DNA of 64,000 bases from Octopus bimaculoides (GCF_001194135.2 NC_068994.1:18377198-18441197); one strand, 5' to 3'; numbered from the stretch's first letter, positions 12,930 through 24,716 are shown. Notes: generated from the letters alone by a model not told the origin. Program-made: numbers and translations.

Positions 12930-13600
12930 AGGTGGTGGTGATAGATTAAGTCTAGTACTCAATAACTCAGAACACAAATAGATGAAATCAATACTGTAAA
13001 AGCATTTTGTCCAACTCTTTAAGGATTTTGCCAATCGTTATTAATTTGACAGGGCAAAAGACAAAAGTCGTCTTGGCAGTATTTGAACTCAGGAGGCAAA
13101 GAGCTGGAACAAACATATTGCAAAGCATTTTGTTCAATTCTCTAATGGTTCTGTCAACACATTGCTTTAGAGAAGATTGGCAGAATAATAATAATCCTTT
13201 CTACTATAAGCAAAAGGCCTGGAATTTGTGGGGAGGGGCACAGTCGATTACACTGACCCTAGTGCATAACTGGTACTTATTCTATTGACCCTAAAAAGAT
13301 GAAAGGAAATTTGGTGGAATTTGAACTCGGAACATTAAGACAGACAAAATGCTAAGAATTTTGCCTGGTGTACTAACGATTCTGCCAGCTCATGCCTTAA
13401 TAATAATAATAATAATAATAATAATCCTTTCTACTGTAGGCACAAGGCCTGAAATTTTGGGGAAAAGAGTTAGTCAATTACATTGACCCCAGTACTTAAC
13501 TGGCACTTACTTTATTGACCCCGAAAGGATGAAAGGCAAAGTCAACCTCAGCAGAATTTAAACTCAGAACATAAGGGCGGATGAAATGCCGCTAAACATT
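12930..13600 (-). mobile_element. tandem array of family B SINE copies separated by (TAA)n
   Basis: Three successive B heads and bodies near 13050, 13190-13400 and 13430-13600. Confidence 0.7.
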
Positions 13601-13980
13601 TCAACATTTCAACAATGAATATTTTTTTTCTTATACTTGTTTCAGTCATTGGACTGTGGCCATGCTGGAACACCACCTTGTCTGGTTTAGTTGAACAAAT
13701 TTAGACCACTACTACTTTTCTTAAATTCTGGTGCCTAATCTACTGATCTCTTTCCTGAAACCACTAAGTTACAGGAATGTAAATAAACCAACGTTAGTTG
13801 CCAAAGTGGTGATGGGGATGCATAAACAAAGACACACATGTGCGTGTGTCTATATGTATATATGTGTATTTATGTGTCAGGTCACTTGTGATGTCTCTCA
13901 TGAGTACTACTGGTTACATGAGATCCAGTACAACCTGTTGCATGGTCAGGTTGTTGATGACTAAACTAGCACCCTCATTA

Positions 13981-14033
13981 GGCTTATCTGATGAGAATGA
14001 TTGCTAGAAACTCAGCAGGACTAAAAACAAGCC
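13981..14033 (+). ncRNA. degenerate hammerhead-like motif
   Basis: GGCTTAT-CTGATGA-GAATGATTGCTA-GAAAC-TCAGCAGGACTAAAA-ACAAGCC. GGCTT/AAGCC can close stem I, and GAAACTCAG is shared with the 48.9-kb ribozyme. Stem II closure and cleavage triplet are broken. Confidence 0.35.
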
Positions 14034-14526
14034 CCATCAAAAGGACAGATGAACCTAGTGTAGGTTCAACAACTATCTAGCAATAGCACGGACCCTCAGA
14101 AATTCTGGGTTGGTGTCTGAGGCACTTCTCAGTTTTTGTTATAGCATGTCTCTAGGAGAAAATCATTCTGAATGACACTGAAGATTTTGGGGATCTTTTG
14201 CTTGCTCTTGAGTTCATGGTACTCTCACATTCCTGAGCTTGCAACCGATATTGACACCAGATATCTTGCCTTGGCTTTTCACTGGATCATGTCATTAGGG
14301 TGGAGAGGATCTGTAAGATGTTGTGCAAACCTTACAGGGCCTAAAATTTTGGGTTGTGCAATCGGCAGTGAAGTGACTTTCTGATGTCTGGTTGAGTAGA
14401 AGGGCGCTGTGGTAAGCATGGAAGCCACGGGCATGGACCTGAGTGAAGCTGACCGTAGGTGCAATAACCTCATGCACAGGAAATGGTCAGTGATGGTCTT
14501 CCTTGGTCACAAGTGGACAGCTGTCA

Positions 14527-14592
14527 TGTATGTATGTATGTATGTATGTATGTATGTGTGTGTGTGTATGTATGTATGTGTGTGTGTATGTA

Positions 14593-14625
<33 letters not shown>

Positions 14626-14655
14626 ATGTATGTATGTATGTATGTATGTATGTAC
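14527..14655 (+). repeat. (TATG)n/(TG)n microsatellite, tail of the RLE element
   Basis: Read directly. Confidence 0.9.
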
Positions 14656-15125
14656 GTATGCCATTATTCAGTTTTATTTCAAGACTTCTTGCCAATAGAG
14701 TTTTTAATCTAGCTCAAGGCTCCTTCATTGGGATTTCAACATCAACAACAGAGTATTTTTGTATGTATGCATGTATGTATATGTGCAGACTTGTATGTTT
14801 TAGTTTATGTATGTCTCCTCATGTATATACTTGCATATCTAGACATGCCCATATCTACTAAAATGATAAACTGGAAAGTTTTGCAGATTTTTACAGTTCC
14901 AGTGATAGCTTGGATCTGTAGTCTTCGAATCAGCTTTCTCCTTTCTGGTTTTGAGAAGCCTAATTTCTCAAGATTGGCATTTAGACAGTGTGTTACATAT
15001 CCTAGTGCCCCCAAAATTACAGGTATAAACTCAGACTTGCAATCTAGATAGAGTAACTGCAGATTTCTTAATAGTTCAGCATAAGTATCCTCTTTCTCAC
15101 TGATCTTCAGCTTTATGCCGACATC
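14655..15125 (-). mobile_element. 3' end of a restriction-like-endonuclease (RLE) non-LTR retrotransposon (R4/NeSL-like)
   Basis: KISEKEDTYAELLRNLQLLY..FIPVILGALGYV..LEKLG..LQIQAITGTVKICKTF matches the RLE C-terminal pattern (K..KY..L..P(V/I)IIGALG..GT..I). 3' UTR ends in (TACA)n at 14527-14655. Confidence 0.75.
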
Positions 15126-15854
15126 CAGTTGTGTGTGTATATGTGTGTGTGCATGTGTGTATGTGTGTGCGTGTGTGTGCATGTGTGATGGGCTTCTACA
15201 GCTTTTGTCTACAAAATTCACTCACAAGGCATTGGTTGACCTGAGGCTATAGAAGAAGCCCAAGATGTCACACAATGGGACTGAACCGGGAACCATGTGG
15301 CTGCAAAGCAAGCTTCTTAACCACATAGGCATGCTTTCACCTATAAAACTTTTAATTATTTTCTCATGAAAGTGCATGACCCACTGAATTGGTATTGTAT
15401 TCCAGTTTCTGTAGCATTAAAAAAGATGCCAAAGGCAGCTTGTTCTGTAGAGGACATTAGTCTATCACAGGTAATCTTCTTAGAAGCTGTAGTGTCTATT
15501 CCCAACAGCTAGATGAGCTGAAAAATGTTATTAGCATATTTATTCTTAAAGTGTTCCAGCAGATTCAAATGCAAATATGATAGTTGCAGTTGTGTGCATT
15601 ACAGCAGAACAAATTCTCCCTTTTATGATGACAGGGTGTTCATAGATGAATTGAGGTACACAGAAAAAAAAATTGTTTTGCCAAGAGACACAACAAAATA
15701 CTAGCAGTTAATATGTAACTCATGACCCATGAATCACTGTTTTATCTGCCCAACCATTTTGATTCTAAAGGAAGAAAAACTTCAATGAAAAATAACCTCC
15801 AATGCACCTTACATAATGTATACAAGCTGTTGATTGGACAGTTCCAACAGTGTT

Positions 15855-16200
15855 TGTCATCATCATTATCATTTAATGTCTGTTTTCCATGCTGGTATGG
15901 GTTGGATGGTTTGACAGGAGCTGGCTAGGCAGAAGACTGCACCAAGCTTCAGTGTCTGTTTTGGCAGGGTTCTTATGGCTGGATGCCCTTCCTAACACCA
16001 ACCAACCAACCAACCCACAGAGTGGACTGAGTGCTTTTTATGTGGCACTAGCACCGGCAAGATCTGTTTTGGCATGGTTCTTACAGCTGGATGCTCTTCC
16101 AGATGCCAATTACTTTACGGTGTGGACCAGATGCTTCTTACATGACACCAGTATTGATGGGGTTACCAAGTAACTTGCATGACAAAGATCCTTTGGTGGT
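15855..16200 (-). mobile_element. old family C copy
   Basis: Diverged CATCAT..TTTCCATGCTGG..GGCTGGATGCCCTTCC motifs. Confidence 0.6.
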
Positions 16201-18012
16201 GATGGTGGGGGTAGGGGTATTGGAGGAAGTGGCCTTGTGTCATGTGATGAGAAGTTACAGTGTGACAGAGGGGAAGTGATAATATTTCTTATGGACTTGC
16301 TGTGTTAAAAACACAATAAATAGCAGAGAGATGAAAATTCATTGCAGCAGTAACCAGAGGGAGTACCAGATACATTAAACTAACATTCAGGGTTCAAATC
16401 AACCAATAACCCCCAAAAATACTGTTTTTCTGCAAAATGGTTTTAAATCACACAACATTAAGATCTAATATCTTTTATATTACTGTGTCTCTGTGTTTTT
16501 CTTAATATTACCATAGTAGGATTTAGAGCAGGACGAGTGTCTATGTAAGTTCCAAACCTACTTGTGTTACATACATTACATAACTATATAGACAGGTAAT
16601 ATTAATCCCCACTTAAACATGGATGTTCTATTAGAACAAACTATACTGCAGTGGTTACCATGAGAGAGACTCTCATATTGGCTTTCTGGTGCAAAATGCA
16701 ATCTTGTTTATATTGTTAGCAGGGAGATAAATCCCTGCTATCTCCAGTGCTGAGACCACCACGTTGCACGGTTTTAACCTTGTTTGGTTTTGTCAATAGT
16801 GGACACTTGATTGCTAGAGACAGCAGCAATTCATCTTCCTGTCAGTGATACACAGATTGACAGTGTCATACATACATGAATATCTTGCTTTGGGCCCTCA
16901 ACTCATGATAGAGTTGTAAGGGTTGTGTTATGATATACAGCATGTCATGGATAGTTTTGCCTTGTTGAACATGATCAGATCTGGGGGTCTGATCACAGCC
17001 AATTTCTTCCAGAAAAGGTGACACAAATAAACAGAAAGAGAGAGAAGAAAAGAATAAACCTTAGTAAATGATTGGTACTTACAATAGAGTACTCCATTGC
17101 AACTTATGTGTATTTTATTCATATGCACACATCTACACTCACACATTCTAAGCACCAGTGTATGCTTCCAACAGTTATAAATAATAAACAGAAATGATTT
17201 TGGCAAAATAATAATAATAATAAAAACAGAAACAATTCCTATAATAGTAGGTGCATTAGCTATGATAAAAAAAAAATCATTTAAATATATAACCAAAACA
17301 CCAGGACTCACAAGAGTACATTACATACAGAATATAGCACTTCTACACACATACAGAAAATAGCACTACTACGCACCACACACATCCTACGTAAAGCACT
17401 TTCAATACAGTGAAAATAAGAATGTCACAACAAATTGCAGAACATACCCAAGGCACACAGAGCTGCACTCAGTAGTGCAGTGAAAGCACATGATAAAAAT
17501 AAGACTACTTAATAATAATGTCTTGGTGTAAAAGATGGGCTACAGCAAATATTATGCTCAATAGCACAGTTGCTTGACCTTCAGTTGAGCATGGCCCTTG
17601 ATGGCTGACAATATGTGCATCCCTGATCATGAGCAGAAGTAGTGGGGGAGTGTCACAGCCATGTGTCGAGAGGAATTCTTTGGGGTTTGAATAATTCATC
17701 TCTGGAAACATGGGTGCTTTGTTCAACATCCTTAAACAACCTTTATTCAGGGACCTTTTGAGCTGAAGAAAATTCTAACTAGGCCCCCACCTGCAAGGTC
17801 ATGTGCTGTTTAATCTTGATATGAGATCGCCATGTCACACACATATGGTTGTGATGCATGTGCCTAGTGTACCCTTATTAGATGCATAGTCATGATGAGT
17901 ATATTGAGTTTCATATATTTGTACCCCAGTATCACTTTGATAGCATGCATTGCTCCCTTATTCAATAACAATAATATAAAAAAAGAGTGAGGATAAAATA
18001 TCAATATCTTAC

Positions 18013-18507
18013 CTGGGTTTGCAAATTCTACTGAAACAGTGTTTCCATAAATATCCAACAAGGCCCAAAGGGGGCCAGCCGTAGAAACACCACTGAAAAA
18101 CACCCCTTTCTCCACACCATTCACTCCATATCTCACGTCCCCATTTCGAGTGATATAGAAAAAGAGAAGATTGGTACATTCTGCATAGCGTTCACCCAAC
18201 GCCTTTGCCCAGTTTCCCGACATGCTGGTAAGATCTGGACATGCATAACGTGGGAGTTCAGCATTGCTGAAAGTCGCTGGGTCAATGTTTGTAAATCCGA
18301 AACGTAAAACGCCACTCCAGCTGGCACAGGTCTCCACAAATCGGATGTAGACACGCTCATTGATAGCAACAGGGCGGTTGCTGAAACAGATGCCTTTGCA
18401 AAAGGAGTCTCCGCGGGATGCTCTGGTTCTGTCATAGTTTAAAACGACATTTTGTCCGTGCACTTTGTGGAACGTCAATGGGTAATCACTATACGAGCCA
18501 TTATTAA
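18013..18507 (-). CDS. neur: neuralized (NEURL1-like E3 ubiquitin ligase) internal exon encoding NHR/NEUZ domain 1
   Basis: Translation PLTFHKVHG..SFCKGICFSNRPVAINERVYIRF..WSGVLRFGFTNIDP..LPRYACPDLT..WAKAL..LWALLDIYG matches recalled Drosophila Neur and human NEURL1 NHR1 motifs. Acceptor ttttcttctctttttcag at 18508-18509 and donor CAG/GTAAGA at 18012. 495 nt, phase 1 at both ends, open frame. Confidence 0.95.
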
Positions 18508-18694
18508 CTGAAAAAGAGAAGAAAAGAGAAAGATTTGAAAAAAAAACAATCAGTGTATATGGAAAGTGTTGCCTGGAAAAAGAAAAAAAAACAATTGATT
18601 ATGAGAAATCTATTATCTTTTACTTGCCATGCTGGAGTTTTGCCTTGAAAGGTTTAGTTGAACAAATTAAATCCAAGTACCTTTTTTTTTTAAG

Positions 18695-19012
18695 TTCAAT
18701 ATGGAGCTATGGCAAAGAATGAATCCAGTTTCAATTAGGGAGCAAATATTTAAGAAAAAATGGAAGTGGATTGGTAGCACAATTAGAAAGGACACACCAA
18801 ATGTAGCGAAAAGTGCTTTACAGTGGAATCCAGATGGATATAAAAAGAGGGGTAGGCCTAAGAACTCGTGGCGTAGATCAACACAAAAGGAACTAGAGAA
18901 AGGGGGACATTCATGGCAGTGTATATGTACAGAAGCGAAAAATTATGCGACATGGAATTCAATTATAAGTGGCCTATACTCTGCGTTGGAGGGTTAAAGG
19001 CAAGAAAGAAAG
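18695..19012 (+). mobile_element. 5'-truncated RTE-clade LINE (SR2-like C-terminus)
   Basis: ORF 18701-18997 LWQR..EQI..KWKWIG.TIRKD..AKSALQWNPDG.KKRGRPKNSWRR is the typical RTE RT C-terminal tail, followed by a stop and an (AAGA)n tail. Confidence 0.8.
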
Positions 19013-19019
19013 AATTTAT

Positions 19020-19375
19020 TCTTCTATTCTTTTAGTTGTTTCAGTCATTTGACTGCAGCCATGTTGGAGCACAGCCTTGAAGGGTTTTAGTTGAACAAAT
19101 TGACCCCAGGACTTATTCTTTGTTTCAAAGCCTTGTACTAGTCTCTTTTGCCAAACTGTTAAGTTACGGGGATGTAAACCAACTAACACCAGTTGTCAAG
19201 CAATACAGATACAAAAACACACACATACACAAACACAGATACATGCATATATATGACGGGTCTCATTCAGTTTCAATCTACCAAATCTACTCACAAGGCT
19301 TTGGCTGGCCCGAGGTTATAGTAAAAGACACTTGCCCAAGGTGCCACGCAGTGGGATTGAACCCAGAACATGGGC
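19020..19375 (-). mobile_element. family A SINE
   Basis: Reverse complement of the family A sequence. Confidence 0.8.
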
Positions 19376-19444
19376 CTTGACTACAGAGGATTTGCGAAGG
19401 ATTGAAAGGAATGAAGCTAGCATGTCTTACTGGATGGGTAATGT

Positions 19445-19985
19445 CAGTGTGCATGCATGACAGTGTAAATGGTTTAAGAGGAAAACTGGGTATGAAGAGG
19501 CATCAAAAGTTGTGTGCAAGAGAGAAGACTGCACTGGTTTGGTCATGTGATGTGCATGGATGAGGACACCTGCATAAAAGTGCCAAGCTTTAATTGTGGA
19601 GGGTACCTGTGGAAGGAGTAGACCCAGGAAGACATAGGACGAACTGGTGAGAAAGGAGCTTTGAATGCTGGGCCTCACTGAAGAAATGACAAGGGACCGG
19701 GAGATATGGTGATTTGCTGTACTTGATAAGACGTGTCAAGCTAAGTAAAACCACCGTCTTCCACACACATACAGTCTTGTCTTTTCAGATGCTGGTGCCA
19801 CTTAAGAAGTACCCGTGCTGGTGCTGTGTTAATACGCTTGTGCTGGTGGCACATGAAAAGCACCCAGCACATGACATGACAGACAGCTGGAGTTTGGACA
19901 GCTCTCTGCTAGCCAGCTCCATGTCAAACTATCCAACCCATGCCAGCAGGGAAAGTAAACATTAAACGATGATGATGATGTTGAT
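19445..19985 (+). mobile_element. RTE LINE 3' end with 3' UTR and (GAT)n tail (family C)
   Basis: Decayed frame RRLHWFGHVM.MDED..IVEGTCGRSRPRKT..LTEEMTRDR, continuing into GGTGGCACATGAAAAGCACC..CCAACCCATGCCAGC..AAACGATGATGAT. Confidence 0.75.
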
Positions 19986-20110
19986 GAAAGACAGAGTATT
20001 TCAACAGAAATATGGTAATGAAAGGATTAATACCACATCACTAGAGAAAGTTTTTGTTTATTATGAAGTGCTCTCTTTAAAATGGATTATAATATAAAAG
20101 TATCCCATTC

Positions 20111-20352
20111 TAAGCCTTTATCCTTTAAATTGGCCAAATCCTGCCAAAATATTGTTTTATGTTCAACCAATCTGTTTTATGTTCAAACCAGCCAGATCTG
20201 GCCTCTCACACCTACCCTACAATGTCATTCTAAAAATACACAAACACATCATCAAACTTTCAAAGCTATTAGATAATGTATGATTAATTCTTGAACAATA
20301 TGAATAAATTAGTACTATATTTGACAGAGTAATCTGAATTCTAAAAGGTTAA
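20111..20352. mobile_element. piggyBac-type MITE (H1), uninterrupted
   Basis: CAGATCTGGCCTCTCACACCTACCCTACAATGTCATTCTAAAA core, ending CTAAAAGG-TTAA. Confidence 0.65.
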
Positions 20353-22185
20353 ATAGAAATAAATAATATCTGTTAAATATATCTTAAAGTCATTTATAAA
20401 AGTAAGAATCTATGCATTTAGTCAAGAGAATAAATTATATAAGTTTCTTTTTATATGCTTCACCTAATTAATCAAATGTAGGATATTTGTGGTTGAAGTT
20501 AATGAAAATAGCCAGGAGGAAGTTGTTTGTATTTAATGAAAATTGATGATGGAGTTTTAAGATGGATGAAGACCAGTTGTATTGAAGAAGACCTTTTTCA
20601 ACCTATGCCAGAATGTTCTTTTCTTTCTACTATAGGTGCAAGGCCTGAAATTTGGTGGGATGTGGAGTGGGGCAGTTGATTATATCGACTCCAGCATTCA
20701 CCTGATAATTACTTTATCAACTCAGAAATATTTCGTATGTGTATTTGGTGTGCAAGATTCTTGATGTGAATACTTGTGTTGAAAGAAATACCAGCATAAT
20801 GCCTCTCCCAAGGTTTAATAGTAACTCAGAAATAATTAAAGGCAAAGTTGACCTCAGAGGAATTTAAACTCAGAATGCAAAATGGGAAGAAGTGCCATCA
20901 AGAATTTTGTTTGGTATGCCAATGATTCTGCTAGTATTATATAGAAAGGGCAATGACCATGGGATTGCACCTAGAGAGTTCCCCTCTGAGGCACAAGTCT
21001 GGCTAAGGTTGTTTATGGAAGACCAGCAGTCAACCATGCATACCAACCTCCTCTTCCCACACCACTGATGTTATCTAGGGGAAAGGCAAAGGCCGATACA
21101 GCTTGACACCAGTGACATCGTAACTCATTCCAGGAATCGAACTCACTACCTCAGGATTGTGAGCCTGATGTTCTAACCACTGAGCTGTGTGCATTCGGCA
21201 AATATAATAGAATTTTTTAATCATTAAATGGCTAGGAGGGTCCATCTGAATAAAACAGAAATCAAAGGGGTCCACAGGCAAATAAATGGTTGAGAAACAC
21301 TGCTTTAAAGCAAGAAGTTTATATCCCAGAACTAAGGGCAGTGTTAGATGAGTTGGGATCAAAAATGGATTAAGTATGTGTTAGTCATAAAATGGTATCT
21401 TGACTGGATTAAAACAAGCCCAAGGAGATGCAGACACTTCCATTTGAAATTTTGACTAAATATAGGTGAGTTCATTTAGAAAAAATATAAATAAAGCCCA
21501 TAAACTAGAACTTAAAAGAATCAGCTAGAAAGTCTAATGCTTTGATAATATTGACCAAACTAATATTGATTGATAGCTGAAATGCACTGATGAATGGAAC
21601 TCTCTCATAATTGATTTATGCAGTGCTGATAAATTCTCGTGCAAAAGGCATCAAAAGGTAAGAGAATAAAAATAAAATGAATGATTTGATCTGAACTATT
21701 TTTTAAAAAATGATTTTAGTGGGGATGAAGTTTTGATTATTGCTGCAAACTGGTAGTCATTGATGTGTCAACTTGACACAGTATTCGCAGTGTTTGTTCT
21801 GGTGGTTCTCATTCTGAGTTCAAAATCCTGCCGGGGTCAACATTGTCTTTTATCTTTCCAGAGCCAATAAATAAATAAAGTACCAGTTCATGGAGATGGA
21901 TTGACAAAACTGTCAGAGCAGCATCAAACAAGATACTTGTGATATCTGTTCTAGTTCTGTAAATTCTGTGTTGGAATTATTTCTGTCAAAAGCTGCACCT
22001 GACAGATAGTATCAGCAAATGAAAAACAAAAGCAAAGCAAAATTTCCTTGGTTTAATTAGAAGATTGGCCATGATGTAATACAGTAGTGGAAATGATTAT
22101 GACTTCACTATTTAATGATTCTGTATGCTAATTTAGGCAAAGGCAAGTGAAATGCTGCTAGACATTTTGCCTGGCATGCTAATTA

Positions 22186-22412
22186 ATAATAATAATAATA
22201 ATTTATTTCTTTATTGCCCACATGGGGCTAAACATAGAGGGGACAAACAAGGACAGAGAAAGGGATTAAGTTGATTACATCGATCCCAGTTCGTCACTGG
22301 TACTTAATTTATCGACCCCGAAAGGATGAAAGGCAAAGTCGACCTCGGCGGAATTTGAACTCAGAACATAATGGCAGACGAAATACCGCTAAGCATTTCG
22401 CCTAGCGTGCTA
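22186..22412 (-). mobile_element. young tRNA-derived SINE (family B)
   Basis: Minus strand GTTCTGAGTTCAAATTCCGCCGAGGTCGACTTTGCCTTTCATCCTTTCGGGGTCGATAAA, (TAA)n-flanked. Older copies near 655, 1990, 4200, 6455, 20625 and 36230. Confidence 0.85.
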
Positions 22413-22809
22413 TAATAATAATAACCAACATCACCATCATGATGGGCTGGACAGAATTTTGTTGAGGTAGGTTTTCTATGGCTAAATGTACTTCTTGTTA
22501 CTAACCCTCACTGTTATGGACTAAGGTAATATTTCCTCATAACCAAACATATTTTCATGAAAGATTAGAAATGAAGGATATTGCTTGCATGATGGGTTTT
22601 TTTCAGTTTCCATCTACCAAATCCACTCACAAAGCTTTGGTCAGCTCAGGGATGTTGTGGAAGACACTTGCCCAAGGTGCCATGCAGTAGGACTAAATCC
22701 AAAAAGACATGGTTGAGAAGACAACATCTTAGCGATGCAGTCATGCCTGCACCATCCATATTTTAAAAACAATACAAAAAGATTCTGAGATCCTAGAAGT
22801 TATTGGAGG

Positions 22810-23320
22810 TCATCATCATCATCGTCGTTTAACATCCGCTTTCTAAGCTGGCATGGGTTGGACTGTTTGACTGAGGACTGGTGAGCCAGAGGCTGCACCA
22901 GGCTCAATCTGATCTGGCAAAGTTTCTACAGCTAGATGCCCTTACTAACATCAACCACTCCGAGAGTGTAGTGGGTGCTTTTATGTGCCATCGGCACGAG
23001 GGCCAGCCAGGTGGTTCTGGCAACGACCATGCTCAAAGGTGTTTTTACGTGCTACCTGCACAGGATCCAGTCCAGCGGCACTGGCAACGACCACACTCGA
23101 ATGTTGTTTTTCCCATGCCACCCATGTGCTGGTAAGGTGATGCTGGCAATGATCATGCTTGAATGGTGTTTTTCGCGTGTCACCAGCACAGGAGCCAATC
23201 AATGGCCCTGGTAACGATCACGCTTGGATGTGCTTTTAACATTCCACTGGCATGAGTGCCAATCAGGTGGTACTGTCATCGGCCATGTCAGCGATTTTGA
23301 TTTGTTTTCACTTGCCTCAA
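22810..23320 (-). mobile_element. family C copy with ~5 internal ~62-bp subrepeats
   Basis: Repeated GTG(C/T)TTTT(T)ACGTGCCACC.GCAC..CTGGCAACGACCA units after the GGATGCCCTT motif. Confidence 0.75.
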
Positions 23321-23438
23321 TAGGTCTTCATAAGCATATATTTTTATATTCATTTGAAGGTTTAGTCATTGTTATTTTTCAGATTTTAGTCAACTCTAAT
23401 TTTTATTTTGCAACAGTCAAAACTTTAAAGCTTTAGAG

Positions 23439-23717
23439 CAGTGGTTCCCAAAGTGGGCAATATTGCCCCCCCCACCTGGGAGTGGGTAGAGAGATTGTGG
23501 GGGGACAGTAGCATTGAAGAAAGATGGGGTGAGAGATGTAAAAGCAGCTAAAAATAATGGGTTAATTAGATTAAATTCTATTTGTGAAATGCAGTTGTTT
23601 TGAATTTGCTGCAGAAAGTGGTTAATGTTTGTGGTGGTGAGTGGGGGAAGGGGGGACACTAGGAAAGTGACCTGAGTGCCAAGGTGGTGGCAGCCCAAAA
23701 CAGTTTGGGGACCACTG
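23439..23717. mobile_element. hAT (Charlie-type) MITE
   Basis: TIRs CAGTGGTTCCCAAA and TTTGGGGACCACTG (13/14). Flanks CTTTAGAG and CTCTGGAA resemble a decayed 8-bp NTCTAGAN TSD. Confidence 0.75.
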
Positions 23718-24673
23718 CTCTGGAAGCTTCTTGTAGTTGCCATTTCCAGATGAGATGTACTCTAAATTAAAAATATATTATTAAGAAAATTAAATTGATA
23801 TGTAAGGTTTTAATTTAGATCACTCTAAAACAGGATGTATGTCATGGAACTAGGAGAGATATCAGGGAAGTTGGTATTTTAAGGGTTTATATTCAAATTA
23901 ATCTCACAGCATTGTCTAATCTTACCTTTTAAAAAAAAAAAACAGACGTAAAAACATTGTTTTATTTAATAAAATTATTTCTATACATCTTTTTTCACAT
24001 TGCAAACATTTTTTTCCTTTTTCTTTCTTTTTTGTTTGTTAGCAACACAGTGGAGCCAATGTAACCATCTGACAAACTTATCGGAGATCAACTCCATCTG
24101 ATGCCATTTTTAGAAACACAAGAACACTTTGAGGATTAATAAATGGGCTTTGGGTCTGCATTACAAATCAGAATGAGCAAAAGTAAATAAATAGCTAAGA
24201 AAGAAACAGAGTAACTCCGAAAGATTAGTTGGTTGTGAAAATCTCCCAGGTTATTTTTAGACTGCTGAAATTGTATCTTGGGTGTTAGAAATCTTGAAGG
24301 AAGAGCTAATGCATTAGTAGAGAGGAAGCTGTCACTGTCTGTTGAGTTATCTCAAAGAGAAACTTGGATGAGAGTAGAGAGAATGTTTATGAAGCCACCT
24401 CCTCCCTCTCACGAGATGCTTACAATAACCACTATTATGTACTTAACCACAGACATTCCATTGTAAACCTTTAGTAAACTCGATGAAGCACTCAGAAACA
24501 TGTAGACAGGAATGTACTGACACATACACATGCATACACAAATGAAATATTAATTTCTTAATGATCATGCTTAAATATGAACACTTGCATATGCGTTTTC
24601 TCATGAAAATATGAAAGCTTAATATATAACTAAGTACATTTATGAAAATATATATAGGTAAGCATGGATGTTA

Positions 24674-24716
<43 letters not shown>

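Larger units (their letters stand above)
13630..15345 (-). mobile_element. old family A SINE split by ~1.3 kb of nested inserts
   Basis: Tail half at 13630-13860, head half at 15187-15345. Confidence 0.6.

Noticed and set aside
16928-17311. 127-aa hydrophobic ORF
   Set aside because: Non-ATG start, low complexity from T-rich sequence, no splice signals or homology.
1-18012. Further neur exons (linker, NHR2, RING)
   Set aside because: No minus-strand frame with NHR2 or RING motifs was found. An acceptor-like site near 15518 gives stops in all frames. The next exon is outside the window or in the gap.
22960-23300. CRISPR-like repeat/spacer array
   Set aside because: The units are homologous along their whole length, lie inside a eukaryotic LINE UTR, and no cas genes are present.
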